Source: Clostridiales bacterium
Lineage (GTDB): Bacteria > Bacillota > Clostridia > Oscillospirales > Acutalibacteraceae
Assembly: GCA_018364155.1 (NCBI GenBank)
Contig: JAGZMM010000003.1
Location: forward strand, 100,225 to 164,224
Direction: 5' to 3'
DNA length: 64,000 nt
Within the stretch, counting starts at the first letter, position 1. Each line of letters starts with the position of its first letter. This document shows, piece by piece, positions 18,362-28,232 of this stretch. Both the position numbers and the translations under genes were made by a program. Under the pieces are notes generated by a model. It was not told where the DNA came from and ran no database searches. It worked only from the letters and a program-made list of their open reading frames with translations.

Positions 18362-20019
18362 TCTTACTCATCGACAATTACGATTCCTTTACCTATAATC
18401 TTTATCAGATTGTCGGCCAGCTTTACAGCGACGTAAAAGTGGTGCGAAACGACGAGATTACCTTGGACGACATCGAGAGGCTCAAACCCGAGGCTCTCCT
18501 TCTCTCCCCCGGCCCCGGCTATCCCAAAACAGCGGGCGTCACCATCGACGCGGTGAAGCGTTTTTCCGGGCGCATCCCGATTCTGGGCGTGTGCCTGGGG
18601 CACCAGGCCATCGGGGAAGCCTTCGGCGGCAAAACAGTCCCAGCGAAAACGCTGATGCATGGCAAGGCGAGCACGGTAAACCTGGACCCTCGCTGCCCGC
18701 TCTTTTCCGGCCTGCCCGAAAGCACCCCCGTCGCCCGGTACCATTCCCTGATTACCGACGAGCAGAGCCTTCCGTCCTGCCTAAAGGTCACCGCCACCGA
18801 TGAGGACGGACAGATTATGGCGGTGATGCACAAAGAGCATCCCACCTTCGGCGTGCAGTTTCACCCTGAATCCATTTTGACTGGCTGCGGCAAGCAGCTT
18901 CTGGAAAACTTCTTAGGAAAGGTGGCCGGCCTTCCCGTCACCTCCTTCGGCACCCCCAGGGCGGAAATCCCCCCTGCCAAACGAAACGCCTTAAAGCCTT
19001 ACATTTTTAAGGCCATCGACGGGGAAAACCTCAGCCAGGAGGAAGCCTTCGAGGCAATGGACTGCATCATGAGCGGCGGCGCTACCGACGCGCAGATCGC
19101 CTCCTTTCTGACCGCCCTTCGCATGAAAGGGGAAACCACCGATGAAATCACCGGGTTTGCCCGGGTCATGCGCAAAAATGCCGTGCAGGTGGGGCATTCC
19201 ACCTCGGTTATCGACATTGTGGGCACCGGCGGGGACATGGCCAACACCTTTAACATCTCCACCACTGCTTCCTTTGTCATCGCCGGGGCCAACCTGAAGG
19301 TGGCAAAGCACGGCAACCGGAGTGTCTCCAGCAAAAGCGGCGCGGCGGACGTGCTGGAAGCCTTAGGGGTCAACATCAATATGACTGCATCCCAGGCGGA
19401 GAAATGCATCAAAAAATGCGGCCTTTCCTTCCTCTTCGCCCCTTGTTTTCACAGCTCCATGCGCTTTGCCGCCGGGCCCCGGCGGGAAATAGGGGTGCGC
19501 AGCGTCTTTAACATTTTAGGCCCGCTGGCAAATCCGGCGTTTGCTCAGTATATCATCCTGGGCGTGTACGACGAAGGGCTGATGGAGACCATGGCCCGGG
19601 TTCTGATGAACTTAGGTATCAAGGGCGCTATGATCGTCCATGGCTGCGACGGGCTCGATGAGATCACTGTTTCCGACAAAACCCGCATCTGCGAAATCCG
19701 CGACGGCAAGATCATTAAGTACGACTTGGATCCGCGGGACTACGGCATCGCCTTCGCGGACAAATCGACTATTGTAGGCGGCACAGCTGAAGACAATGCG
19801 AAGATTACCCTAGACGTGCTTTCCGGCAAGGAAGGCCCTCAGCGGGACATTGTGGTGCTAAACGCGGCCTGCGCCCTTTACATTGCCCGCCGGGCGGACA
19901 GCATTGAAGACGGGGTAGCCATGGCAAAGCGCTCCATCGACTCGGGCGCGGCCATGCAAAAGCTCGACGCGCTCAAAGAACTGACCGGTTCCTTCGCAAA
20001 GGAGGGCAAACGCGTATGA
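18358..20019 (+). CDS. trpGD: Bifunctional anthranilate synthase glutamine amidotransferase / anthranilate phosphoribosyltransferase
   Basis: N-terminal class-I GATase (GVCLGHQ). C-terminal TrpD motifs GTGGD and KHGNRSVSSKSGAADVLEALG. Confidence 0.95.
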   Translation: MILLIDNYDSFTYNLYQIVGQLYSDVKVVRNDEITLDDIERLKPEALLLSPGPGYPKTAGVTIDAVKRFSGRIPILGVCLGHQAIGEAFGGKTVPAKTLMHGKASTVNLDPRCPLFSGLPESTPVARYHSLITDEQSLPSCLKVTATDEDGQIMAVMHKEHPTFGVQFHPESILTGCGKQLLENFLGKVAGLPVTSFGTPRAEIPPAKRNALKPYIFKAIDGENLSQEEAFEAMDCIMSGGATDAQIASFLTALRMKGETTDEITGFARVMRKNAVQVGHSTSVIDIVGTGGDMANTFNISTTASFVIAGANLKVAKHGNRSVSSKSGAADVLEALGVNINMTASQAEKCIKKCGLSFLFAPCFHSSMRFAAGPRREIGVRSVFNILGPLANPAFAQYIILGVYDEGLMETMARVLMNLGIKGAMIVHGCDGLDEITVSDKTRICEIRDGKIIKYDLDPRDYGIAFADKSTIVGGTAEDNAKITLDVLSGKEGPQRDIVVLNAACALYIARRADSIEDGVAMAKRSIDSGAAMQKLDALKELTGSFAKEGKRV

Positions 20020-20795
20020 TTTTGGACGACATTGTAGCCGCCCGCAAGGAGCAGCTGGCGCGGGAACAGGCCAAGCGGCCTTTTCACGAAGTCCGGACAA
20101 AAGCCGAAGGGATGGCCGGCGCTACGAGGGACTTTGCGGGTGCACTGCGCGCAGACCGGCTGGCCGTCATCGCGGAGGTAAAAAAAGCCTCCCCCTCCAA
20201 GGGCCTCATACAGCCGGACTTTGACCCGGTCGCCACCGCCAAGGCCTACGAAGCGGCGGGAGCCGACGCCGTATCGGTTTTGACGGAGGAACGGTACTTT
20301 CAGGGAAGCAGCGCATATCTGTCCGCCATCCGCAAAGCCGTATCCCTCCCCTTGCTGCGAAAGGATTTCATTTTTGATCCTTACCAAATTTACGAGGCCA
20401 GGGTGTTGGGAGCGGACGCGGTTTTGCTCATCGCCGCGCTGCTTTCCACCGAAGCCATCCGGGAATTTCTCGCCGTTGCCAAATCGGTGGGCCTTGCCTG
20501 CCTGACGGAAGTGCATAACGAGGAGGAACTAGAACGGGTTTTGTCCGCCGGGTGCCCCATCGTGGGGATCAACAACCGAAATCTGAAAACCTTTGCGGTA
20601 GATTTGAACATCACCGCCCGGCTTTCCAAAAGCCTGCCGGCGGATACCATCCTTGTGGCAGAGAGCGGCATGCAAAAGAGTGCAGATCTGCACATGGTCC
20701 GAAAGCAGGGCGCTGACGCGGTTCTCATCGGGGAAACGCTCATGCGAAGCGCAGACATCAGGGCCGCCCTTTCTTCTCTGCGGGAGGGGCTATGA
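20016..20795 (+). CDS. trpC: Indole-3-glycerol phosphate synthase
   Basis: IAEVKKASPSKG motif. 259 aa. Confidence 0.95.
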   Translation: MILDDIVAARKEQLAREQAKRPFHEVRTKAEGMAGATRDFAGALRADRLAVIAEVKKASPSKGLIQPDFDPVATAKAYEAAGADAVSVLTEERYFQGSSAYLSAIRKAVSLPLLRKDFIFDPYQIYEARVLGADAVLLIAALLSTEAIREFLAVAKSVGLACLTEVHNEEELERVLSAGCPIVGINNRNLKTFAVDLNITARLSKSLPADTILVAESGMQKSADLHMVRKQGADAVLIGETLMRSADIRAALSSLREGL

Positions 20796-21412
20796 AAGTA
20801 AAGCTCTGCGGCCTGAGCCGCATGGAAGACATCCGGTACGTAAACGAGTTTGGACCCGACTATGTGGGCTTCGTTTTTGCCAAAAGCCGCCGGCAGGTAA
20901 CACCCTCTAAGGCGGCCGCTCTGCGAAAGGCTTTGGCCGCATCCATCCAGGCGGTGGGCGTTTTCGTCAACGAACCGCCCGAAACGGTAGCCCGGATTGC
21001 AAAGGATGTTTCTCTAAACGCGGTACAGCTGCACGGGGATGAGGATGCGGCGTACATCGCCCGCCTGCGCGCGCTTTTGCCGACGGGCACCAGCCTGTGG
21101 AAGGCGGTGCGGGTGCAAACGGAATCCGACCTGCAACGCGCCCAAAGCTATGGGGCGGACCTGGTTTTGTTCGACGCTTTTTCCAAGGACGCTTACGGCG
21201 GCACCGGGAAAACTGCGGACTGGAGCCTATTTGGGCATGTTTCCCCGCCCAGGCCCTTTTTCCTGGCGGGAGGCCTGCACGCAGGTAACCTCCGGGAAGC
21301 CGCCCGGCAAGTCCGTCCAGACGGGGTGGACCTGTCCGGCGGAATTGAGACAAACGGTATCAAGGACCGGGAAAAAATCAAACAGATTCTATCAATCATA
21401 AGAGGGGTTTGA
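20792..21412 (+). CDS. trpF: Phosphoribosylanthranilate isomerase
   Basis: MKVKLCG...YVGFVF. 206 aa. Confidence 0.9.
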   Translation: MKVKLCGLSRMEDIRYVNEFGPDYVGFVFAKSRRQVTPSKAAALRKALAASIQAVGVFVNEPPETVARIAKDVSLNAVQLHGDEDAAYIARLRALLPTGTSLWKAVRVQTESDLQRAQSYGADLVLFDAFSKDAYGGTGKTADWSLFGHVSPPRPFFLAGGLHAGNLREAARQVRPDGVDLSGGIETNGIKDREKIKQILSIIRGV

Positions 21413-22602
21413 CTATGAATAAAATCGGAAGATTCGGCGAGTTCGGCGGGCAGTACGTCCCCGAAACCGTCATGGCCGCCGTGCAGGAGCTGCAGGCGGC
21501 ATACGACCACTACCGGGAGGACCCGGCCTTTTTGGAGGAGCTGCACACGTATTACCGGGACTATGCGGGCCGCCCCTCCATGCTGTACTATGCCGAGAAA
21601 ATGACCAAGGACCTGGGCGGCGCGGCTGTGTACATCAAGCGGGAGGATCTAAACCACACCGGCTCCCATAAGATCAACAATGTGCTCGGGCAGGCGCTGC
21701 TGGCAAAGAAGATGGGCAAGCGCCGCCTGATCGCGGAAACAGGCGCCGGCCAGCACGGGGTGGCCACCGCCACCGCCGCGGCGCTCTTCGGCATGGAATG
21801 CGAGGTGTTCATGGGCGAGGAGGACATGGAGCGCCAGTCTCTCAACGTATACCGCATGGAGCTTCTGGGGGCGAAGGTCACCGGTGTGTCCAGCGGCACG
21901 CGCACCTTAAAGGATGCCATCAACGAAGCCATGCGGGACTGGGCCACAAATGTAGGGCACACCTATTACCTGATCGGCTCGGTGATGGGTCCTCACCCTT
22001 ATCCCACCATGGTCCGGGACTTTCAGAAAATCATCGGCGAGGAGACCAAACGGGAAATGCTCGAGAAAACCGGGAAGCTGCCTGACTGTGTGGTGGCCTG
22101 CGTAGGCGGCGGCTCCAACGCCATGGGCATGTTTTACGACTTTATCAACGAGCCGTCGGTGCGGCTGGTGGGCGCGGAGGCGGCCGGCAAAGGGGTGGAC
22201 ACCGCCCTGCACGCCGCCACCATCACCAAGGGCTCCAAGGGAATTTTTCACGGAATGAAGTCCCTGTTTTTGCAAAACGAAGAGGGGCAAATCGACCCGG
22301 TTTATTCCATTTCCGCCGGGCTCGACTATCCCGGCATCGGCCCGGAGCACGCCCATCTCTTTGAAACCGGCCGGGCGGACTATGTGGACATCACCGACGA
22401 GGAAGCGGTGAGCGCGTTCGAATACCTGTCGAAAACCGAGGGCATCATTCCGGCCATCGAGTCGGCCCACGCGGTGGCGGCGGCAAGAAAGCTCGCGCCG
22501 CGGATGGGCAAGGACCAGAGCATGGTCATCTGCCTGTCCGGCCGGGGGGATAAGGACGTTTATCAGGTAGCACGATACAGAGGGGTGACCATCCATGAAT
22601 AG
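21409..22602 (+). CDS. trpB: Tryptophan synthase beta chain
   Basis: [14 protein letters not shown]-lysine motif. 397 aa. Confidence 0.95.
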   Translation: MTMNKIGRFGEFGGQYVPETVMAAVQELQAAYDHYREDPAFLEELHTYYRDYAGRPSMLYYAEKMTKDLGGAAVYIKREDLNHTGSHKINNVLGQALLAKKMGKRRLIAETGAGQHGVATATAAALFGMECEVFMGEEDMERQSLNVYRMELLGAKVTGVSSGTRTLKDAINEAMRDWATNVGHTYYLIGSVMGPHPYPTMVRDFQKIIGEETKREMLEKTGKLPDCVVACVGGGSNAMGMFYDFINEPSVRLVGAEAAGKGVDTALHAATITKGSKGIFHGMKSLFLQNEEGQIDPVYSISAGLDYPGIGPEHAHLFETGRADYVDITDEEAVSAFEYLSKTEGIIPAIESAHAVAAARKLAPRMGKDQSMVICLSGRGDKDVYQVARYRGVTIHE

Positions 22603-23392
22603 AATCGACCAAAAATTCGCAGAGCTCAAAAAGCAGGGGCGCAAGGCCCTCATCACCTTTATCACCGCCGGGGACCCGAACCTTTCGGTGACACAAGAAG
22701 CGGTTCTGGCGATGGACCGGGCGGGGGCAGACCTGATTGAACTGGGCGTTCCTTTCTCCGATCCGGTGGCGGAGGGCCCGGTCATCCAGGAGGCATCCCA
22801 GCGGGCGCTGGCGGCGGGTACAACGCTGGTAGCCATTTTCGACTTGGTCAAGCGTCTGCGCCAAACCACCCAGAAGCCACTCCTGCTCATGCTTTATTTA
22901 AACAGCATCTACCGGTTCGGCAAAGAGCGGTTTTTCTCTTTGTGCGAACAGTGCGGGGTGGACGGGGTTATTGTTCCCGATATGCCCTATGAGGAAAAGG
23001 ACGAGATCGAAGGCGTGGCCGAAGCGCACGGGGTCTATTCCATCCGCCTGGTGGCCCCCACCTCCCACGAACGGGCGGCCAAAATTGCAAAAGGTGCCAA
23101 GGGCTTTCTTTACTGTGTGTCCTCCACCGGGGTCACCGGGATGCGTTCCGGCTTTTCTACCGACTTTGACGAGTTCTTCGGCCAAATTCGGCCCTACGCC
23201 ACTATTCCCTGTGCCGTAGGCTTCGGTATTTCCGGGCCAGAACAGGCAAAAGAAATGCAGCGCTACTGCGACGGGGTGATCGTGGGCAGCGCCGTTGTGA
23301 AGGTGGCTGCCGAGCATGGGGAATGCTGTGCTGGCCCCGTGTATGACTTTGTTCGTTCCCTGCGGGAGGGAATGGATGAAGCCACAAAATAA
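22595..23392 (+). CDS. trpA: Tryptophan synthase alpha chain
   Basis: 265 aa TIM barrel. [10 protein letters not shown] motif. Confidence 0.95.
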   Translation: MNRIDQKFAELKKQGRKALITFITAGDPNLSVTQEAVLAMDRAGADLIELGVPFSDPVAEGPVIQEASQRALAAGTTLVAIFDLVKRLRQTTQKPLLLMLYLNSIYRFGKERFFSLCEQCGVDGVIVPDMPYEEKDEIEGVAEAHGVYSIRLVAPTSHERAAKIAKGAKGFLYCVSSTGVTGMRSGFSTDFDEFFGQIRPYATIPCAVGFGISGPEQAKEMQRYCDGVIVGSAVVKVAAEHGECCAGPVYDFVRSLREGMDEATK

Positions 23393-23413
23393 AAAAACAT
23401 CCCCTATTAACCA

Positions 23414-23456
23414 GGAAGAGGCCTGCGGACTGAGTCCGCAGGCCTCTTCCTTTATT
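23414..23456 (+). terminator. Rho-independent terminator of the trp operon
   Basis: Perfect 17-bp stem ggaagaggcctgcggac / gtccgcaggcctcttcc, then TTTATT. Confidence 0.8.
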
Positions 23457-23707
23457 CAATGATAAAAAACTACCGGTAGAGGTCCTATATTGCAAAAAGG
23501 TCCATCCGCCGATTCCTGGCTGAGGAAACGCCACGGAAATAAACCCGATTCCCGTACGTTTGAAAGACGTCAGCCGCTCCTTTTCCCGTATCAAGTTAAA
23601 ACCACCGGCATAACCGGTGGTTTTAACTACACATGTACAAATGCCTTTTTCTCCAGCGTAATAAGGAGCGATACCTCCTTCTCTCGCATTCGAAAAGGTG
23701 CCGTCCC

Positions 23708-24070
23708 TTACGCTTTTTCCGGTACGATTTCAATCCAGTAGCCGTCCGGGTCGGCAATGAAATAGATCCCCATAGAAGGGTTTTCGTAGCAGATCACACC
23801 CATTTGTTCGTGCAGGCTGTGCAGCTTTTCGTACTGGTCGGTGGTAAAAGCCAGGTGGTATTCCTTTTCGCCCAGGTCGTAAGGCTTCTCCCGGTCCTTA
23901 AGCCAGGTAAGCTCCAGGGAAAAGGGGCTTTTCCCGTCACCTAGGAATACAATGCGAAAGTCCTCCTCCACATGCTCGCGCACTGGATGCAGATCCAACG
24001 CATCCGCATAAAACCGCAAGGATTTCTCCAGGTCGAGTACATTGAAATTCACATGGTCAAACCGAATCAT
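23708..24070 (-). CDS. VOC-family (glyoxalase/bleomycin-resistance fold) protein
   Basis: 120 aa. MIRFDHVNFNV...YWIEIV pattern. Confidence 0.8.
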   Translation of the reverse strand: MIRFDHVNFNVLDLEKSLRFYADALDLHPVREHVEEDFRIVFLGDGKSPFSLELTWLKDREKPYDLGEKEYHLAFTTDQYEKLHSLHEQMGVICYENPSMGIYFIADPDGYWIEIVPEKA

Positions 24071-24126
24071 AACGGTCTCCTTTCTGTTTTCTAAAAAGCG
24101 TATTTATTCCGTCTCTACACTGCCGG

Positions 24127-24795
24127 TCACCGGTTTGGTAGGACATAGAACAGGATGGAAAAGAAATGCAGAATACTTCCCGCCAGCACGAACAGGTGCC
24201 ACACCGCATGCATGTACCTGATCTTTTTTCCCAGCCCGTAGAGCACCGCGCCTACCGTGTAGCACACGCCGCCTACAATCATCAGCGTAAGCCCCGGACC
24301 GGAAAACACCTCGATGAGCGGCACGAACGCCACTACCACCGACCAGCCCATGCACAAATAAAAGATCATGGAAATCACCTTAAACCGGTGCATATCCACC
24401 GCGTTTAAGACGATGCCGCCGATGGCCGCTGCCCACACCACGCCAAAGAGCACCCAGCCCCACGCTCCTTCCCGCCGCAGCGTCACCAAAGTATATGGCG
24501 TATAGGTCCCGGCGATGAGCAGGAAAATGGAGCAATGGTCGATGATCTGAAAGACGCGCTTGGCCTTTTCGATGCGAAGGGCATGGTAGATGGTGGACAT
24601 CACGTAAAGCAGAAGAAGCATAGCCCCATAGACGCTGCAGCTGACGATGCTCCATACGTCTCCGTAAAAGGCGGACCACACGATCATAATAGGCAGGGCC
24701 GCCAGCGCCAAAAGCGCGCCGACTCCATGGGAAATGGCATTGAACAGCTCTTCCCCTTTGGTATAGGTGGGAAGAGGCTTGACGATCCGAGGCAT
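24127..24795 (-). CDS. Hemolysin-III / PAQR family membrane protein
   Basis: 222 aa, 7 TM segments, conserved HxxGxxxA and HxxxH motifs. Confidence 0.85.
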   Translation of the reverse strand: MPRIVKPLPTYTKGEELFNAISHGVGALLALAALPIMIVWSAFYGDVWSIVSCSVYGAMLLLLYVMSTIYHALRIEKAKRVFQIIDHCSIFLLIAGTYTPYTLVTLRREGAWGWVLFGVVWAAAIGGIVLNAVDMHRFKVISMIFYLCMGWSVVVAFVPLIEVFSGPGLTLMIVGGVCYTVGAVLYGLGKKIRYMHAVWHLFVLAGSILHFFSILFYVLPNR

Positions 24796-24815
24796 GGCTT
24801 GTCCCTTCTTTCGGT

Positions 24816-25727
24816 TTATTTTCGTTCCCGATCCTCTCCCGGCACGCCGGTCAGGTCAAAGGCGGGGATGAACTTAGCGGCGGCGGATGCCCGCTCCTGC
24901 ACGAAGCCGTTTTCCAGCCCCAGGGCGAACAGCCGGTCGAGCACCTTGTCGTACTCACGCTTCGTCACCTTGCGGGAAAGCTCCGGGTACCGGTCCGCCC
25001 GCCCGCAGGGGGTATACTGGCACATAAGGCTCACGTAGGTTCCCTTGGGCAGCTCGGCCTTGATCCATTCGAGCACCCGGATGGAATCCTTTGTGTGCCC
25101 TGGCAGCATAAGATGGCGCACGATCAGGCCCTTTTTCATCAGCCCGTCCTCTCCGAGCTGCACAGAACCCACCTGTTTCGCCATCTCCAAAATGGCCTTA
25201 GAGGCAACTGCAAAATAGTCGGGTGCGGCGGAATACCGGGCGGACGCATCCTGGTCCACGTATTTGAGATCGGGCAGGTAGATGTCCACCATGCCTTCCA
25301 ACGTGCGCAAGGTCTCTGGCAGCTCATACCCGCCGCAGTTATAGACCACCGGCACGGCCGGCTTGTGCCGGGCGAGGACCTCGCGAATCACATGGGTAAA
25401 ATGGGTGGGAGTGACCAGGTTGAGATTATGGACTCCTTGTCTGACTAAGCCTTCTAAACAGGCGGCAAACTCCTCTAGGGTGAGCGTCTTGCCAAAGCCG
25501 CCTGCGGAAATCTCCGTGTTCTGGCAAAAGCAGCACTGGAGCACGCAGCCGGAGAAAAAGACCGCGCCCGATCCTTTTGTCCCGCTTAAAACCGGTTCCT
25601 CCCAGAAATGAGGGGCCGCCCGGGCCACCACCGGCCCGGCGGGCATGCTGCAAAAGCCCTCGCCGGCCGTGGAGGTGCGCACAGCCCGACACTTTCTCGG
25701 GCACTGCTCACAGAAAAACGCTTCCAT
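24816..25727 (-). CDS. Radical SAM protein, PflX-like (COG1313; homolog of PFL-activating enzymes)
   Basis: CVLQCCFC (CxxxCxxC) radical-SAM motif plus N-terminal CEQCPRKC. Confidence 0.8.
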   Translation of the reverse strand: MEAFFCEQCPRKCRAVRTSTAGEGFCSMPAGPVVARAAPHFWEEPVLSGTKGSGAVFFSGCVLQCCFCQNTEISAGGFGKTLTLEEFAACLEGLVRQGVHNLNLVTPTHFTHVIREVLARHKPAVPVVYNCGGYELPETLRTLEGMVDIYLPDLKYVDQDASARYSAAPDYFAVASKAILEMAKQVGSVQLGEDGLMKKGLIVRHLMLPGHTKDSIRVLEWIKAELPKGTYVSLMCQYTPCGRADRYPELSRKVTKREYDKVLDRLFALGLENGFVQERASAAAKFIPAFDLTGVPGEDRERK

Positions 25728-27143
25728 TTATCTTCGCATCCTTTGCTTTTTTCGCTCCCATTTCTGAGCCTCCTCGGCCCGCCGCCCGGGGAACTCTTCC
25801 TTTGTCAGCTTAAATACCATTCCGCTCAACGCAAATAAACCGATCAGGTTTGGAATCGCCATCAGGCCGTTTAACGTGTCCGACAGGTCCCACACCAGCG
25901 TCAGCTCCAGCACCGCGCCCACCGCCGTCATCAGCACGTACACCACTTTATAGGGCATCAAAAACTTCGCGCCGAACAGGTACTCGCCGCACCGTTCCCC
26001 GTAATAGGACCAGCCGATGATGGTGGCGAAGGCGAAGAAAATGATGGACACGGCGAGAAACGCCCCGCCGAAGGGACCGAACACGCTTTCAAAGGTTTTC
26101 TGGGTCAGGGTTACGCCGGTGATCTCCGGGTTTTCCCACAGCCCGCAGGACAGCACCGCCAGCGCCGTGATGGTGCAGACCACCAGCGTATCGGCGAACA
26201 CTTCGAAGGCACCCCAAAGCCCCTGCCGGGCCGGATGAGGAGTGTCCGCCGCCGCGTGGACGATGGACGCGCTGCCAAGGCCCGCTTCGTTGGAAAAGAC
26301 ACCCTTGGAGATGCCCACCTGGATGGCTCGGGCCATGGCGCTGCCTGCTATCCCTCCAGCCAGTGGCTCAAAGGCGAAGGCGCCGGAAAAAATGGCGCTC
26401 AACGCATCCGGCACGGCCTTATAATGCACCACGATCACCGCGCCCGCGCCCACAATATAGAGAATCGCCATAAAAGGGACAATTTTTTCCGTCACTCCGG
26501 CGATGCGCTTGATGCCGCCGATGATGACAAGGCCGGTGATGACGGCGATTACCACACCGGTCACAGCGGTGGGGACGCCAAAAACGTTTTGCGAATAGGA
26601 GGAAATGGCGTTTGCCTGGGTCATGTTGCCGATGCCGAAGGAGGCGCAGACCCCAAAGACCGCAAACGCTCCGGCTAGAAACTTGGAATGCAAGCCGTTT
26701 TTCAGATAGTACATAGGGCCGCCCACCCATTCGCCCCGGCCGTTTCGTTCCCGGTAATGGACCGCCAGCACCACTTCCGCGTACTTGGTCATCATCCCGA
26801 AGAAGGCGGACACCCACATCCAGAAGACCGCGCCTGGGCCGCCGATGGTGATGGCGGTGGCCACCCCCACGATGTTGCCCACGCCGAGCGTTCCCGCCAG
26901 CGCCGCCGACACCGCCTGAAACGGCGAAATGGCCCCTGCGTCCCGGTCCTTTTTGCGTTTAAAGACGCTGCCTAAGGTGCCGCAGATGGCGCCGATTTTG
27001 CGCACCTGAAAAAAACGCGTCCCGATGGTAAACCAAATGCCGGCTCCCACCAGGATGCAGATCATCACCGGTCCCCACACAAAGGAGTGGACCGCGCTGT
27101 TGACTTGTTCGATCCATTGTTCCAACCCGTCCAATGGCGACAC
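25728..27143 (-). CDS. Alanine/glycine:cation symporter (AGCS family)
   Basis: 471 aa, about 11 TM segments, AGCS consensus GGPGAVFWMW. GTG start. Confidence 0.9.
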   Translation of the reverse strand: MSPLDGLEQWIEQVNSAVHSFVWGPVMICILVGAGIWFTIGTRFFQVRKIGAICGTLGSVFKRKKDRDAGAISPFQAVSAALAGTLGVGNIVGVATAITIGGPGAVFWMWVSAFFGMMTKYAEVVLAVHYRERNGRGEWVGGPMYYLKNGLHSKFLAGAFAVFGVCASFGIGNMTQANAISSYSQNVFGVPTAVTGVVIAVITGLVIIGGIKRIAGVTEKIVPFMAILYIVGAGAVIVVHYKAVPDALSAIFSGAFAFEPLAGGIAGSAMARAIQVGISKGVFSNEAGLGSASIVHAAADTPHPARQGLWGAFEVFADTLVVCTITALAVLSCGLWENPEITGVTLTQKTFESVFGPFGGAFLAVSIIFFAFATIIGWSYYGERCGEYLFGAKFLMPYKVVYVLMTAVGAVLELTLVWDLSDTLNGLMAIPNLIGLFALSGMVFKLTKEEFPGRRAEEAQKWERKKQRMRR

Positions 27144-27179
27144 CTCCGCACCGGATTCTTATCCAATCTATATGCCGTC

Positions 27180-27308
27180 TTGGGCGGCAAATATCCGGGA
27201 ATATCGGACATTCGCCATGATTTTGTCCAAAAGAGAGACAAAAAGGCCGCCCGGCGGACCGTTTCGCGCCGTCTGCCGCGCGGTCAAACCGATGCCCTCT
27301 CTTCCCGC
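27180..27308 (-). promoter_or_regulatory. Candidate glycine-riboswitch-like leader of the AGCS gene (weak match)
   Basis: Minus-strand leader contains GGGAAGAGAGGGC ... GCAGACGGCGCGAAAC ... GUCUCUCUUUUGGAC. This resembles the P1/P3 conserved cores of the glycine aptamer (GGAGAG ... GCCGAAGGAGCAA ... CUCUCAGGCAAAAGGAC) but is degenerate. Confidence 0.3.
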
Positions 27309-28190
27309 TTATTCCTTTGCCGTGACCTTTTCCGGTTTCTGCGCTGGAGGCAGCTTTTCCTCTATGATCCGCTTGGTCACCACCCCGTCAAACTCCTGCT
27401 TAAACTGCAGCCGGGCAGTATATTCCTTCTGGCAGCTGCGGCAGACAAACGAGGCTCTAAAAAACCGGCCCCGGAAAGTCCATTTTCCCTTGCGGCGCAT
27501 GCGCTTTTGGCAGGCGGGGCAGCGCACCACCAGCTCCTGGCGCTCGATGAGGGGGGACTGGATGTCGCTGATGACCTTATTTTTAAAGGTCAGCCGCCGG
27601 TAAAACTCTTCGGTCAGGGCGTTTTGGATAAAGGGTGCGAGCCGTTTTTCGTCATAAAGCCGGTCAAACACCTTGGCAGACAGGCGGCTATCGTCCAGCG
27701 CCCGGTGAAGGCTATCCTCATCCACAGAGATTTCCAGCATCTGGGCTGCCTTTAAAAGCCCCAGATGATTGCCGCCGCCCATCTGCATCTCGCTCTGGCA
27801 ATACTTTTGCAGGTCGGCGTACCAGCTTAAAAACCGGATCCGGCCGCTCCCGTAATAAAAACGGAAATTTTCGATGAGCACCAGCAGGTCGGTGTTCCCC
27901 CAGGTCATCACCACGTTTTCCTTGCCGCCTACCCACCGGCCGAACCGCTCCATGGCCCGGCAGAAGGTGGTGCCGTTTTGCAACTCCTGGTCGGTGATGC
28001 TGGTCAGGTCGCTGACCAAGCTCGTAAGCTTTCCGCTGACCCGCGGGCGGATTAAAGCTTTGAATTCGTCGGCAACAATGCGATTTTCCGTCAGACGCAC
28101 CGCGCCGATTTCAATGATTTCATTGAAGTATTTTCCCGTGCGTTTGGACCACGCCCCGTTCCACTCCAAATCCAAAATAATATATTCCAT
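27309..28190 (-). CDS. DEDDh 3'-5' exonuclease domain protein with C-terminal double-CxxC zinc ribbon
   Basis: ILDLEWNG...EIIEIGAV (Exo I motif) and H-x4-D in Exo III. C-terminal CPACQ...CRSCQ. Start at ATG 28188-28190, which has a GGAG RBS. Confidence 0.75.
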   Translation of the reverse strand: MEYIILDLEWNGAWSKRTGKYFNEIIEIGAVRLTENRIVADEFKALIRPRVSGKLTSLVSDLTSITDQELQNGTTFCRAMERFGRWVGGKENVVMTWGNTDLLVLIENFRFYYGSGRIRFLSWYADLQKYCQSEMQMGGGNHLGLLKAAQMLEISVDEDSLHRALDDSRLSAKVFDRLYDEKRLAPFIQNALTEEFYRRLTFKNKVISDIQSPLIERQELVVRCPACQKRMRRKGKWTFRGRFFRASFVCRSCQKEYTARLQFKQEFDGVVTKRIIEEKLPPAQKPEKVTAKE

Positions 28191-28232
28191 CCATCTATCT
28201 CCAAACCCCGCGGACATCCGCGGCAACGGCGT

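Noticed and set aside
21907-22890. 327-aa minus-strand ORF
   Set aside because: Antisense to trpB/trpA, which are firmly identified.
23594-23626. Hairpin gttaaaaccaccgg-cataa-ccggtggttttaac between trpA and the VOC gene
   Set aside because: Good stem but no adjacent U-tract on either strand, and about 80 nt from the nearest stop. Possibly a weak or bidirectional terminator, but not confident enough to list as a feature.
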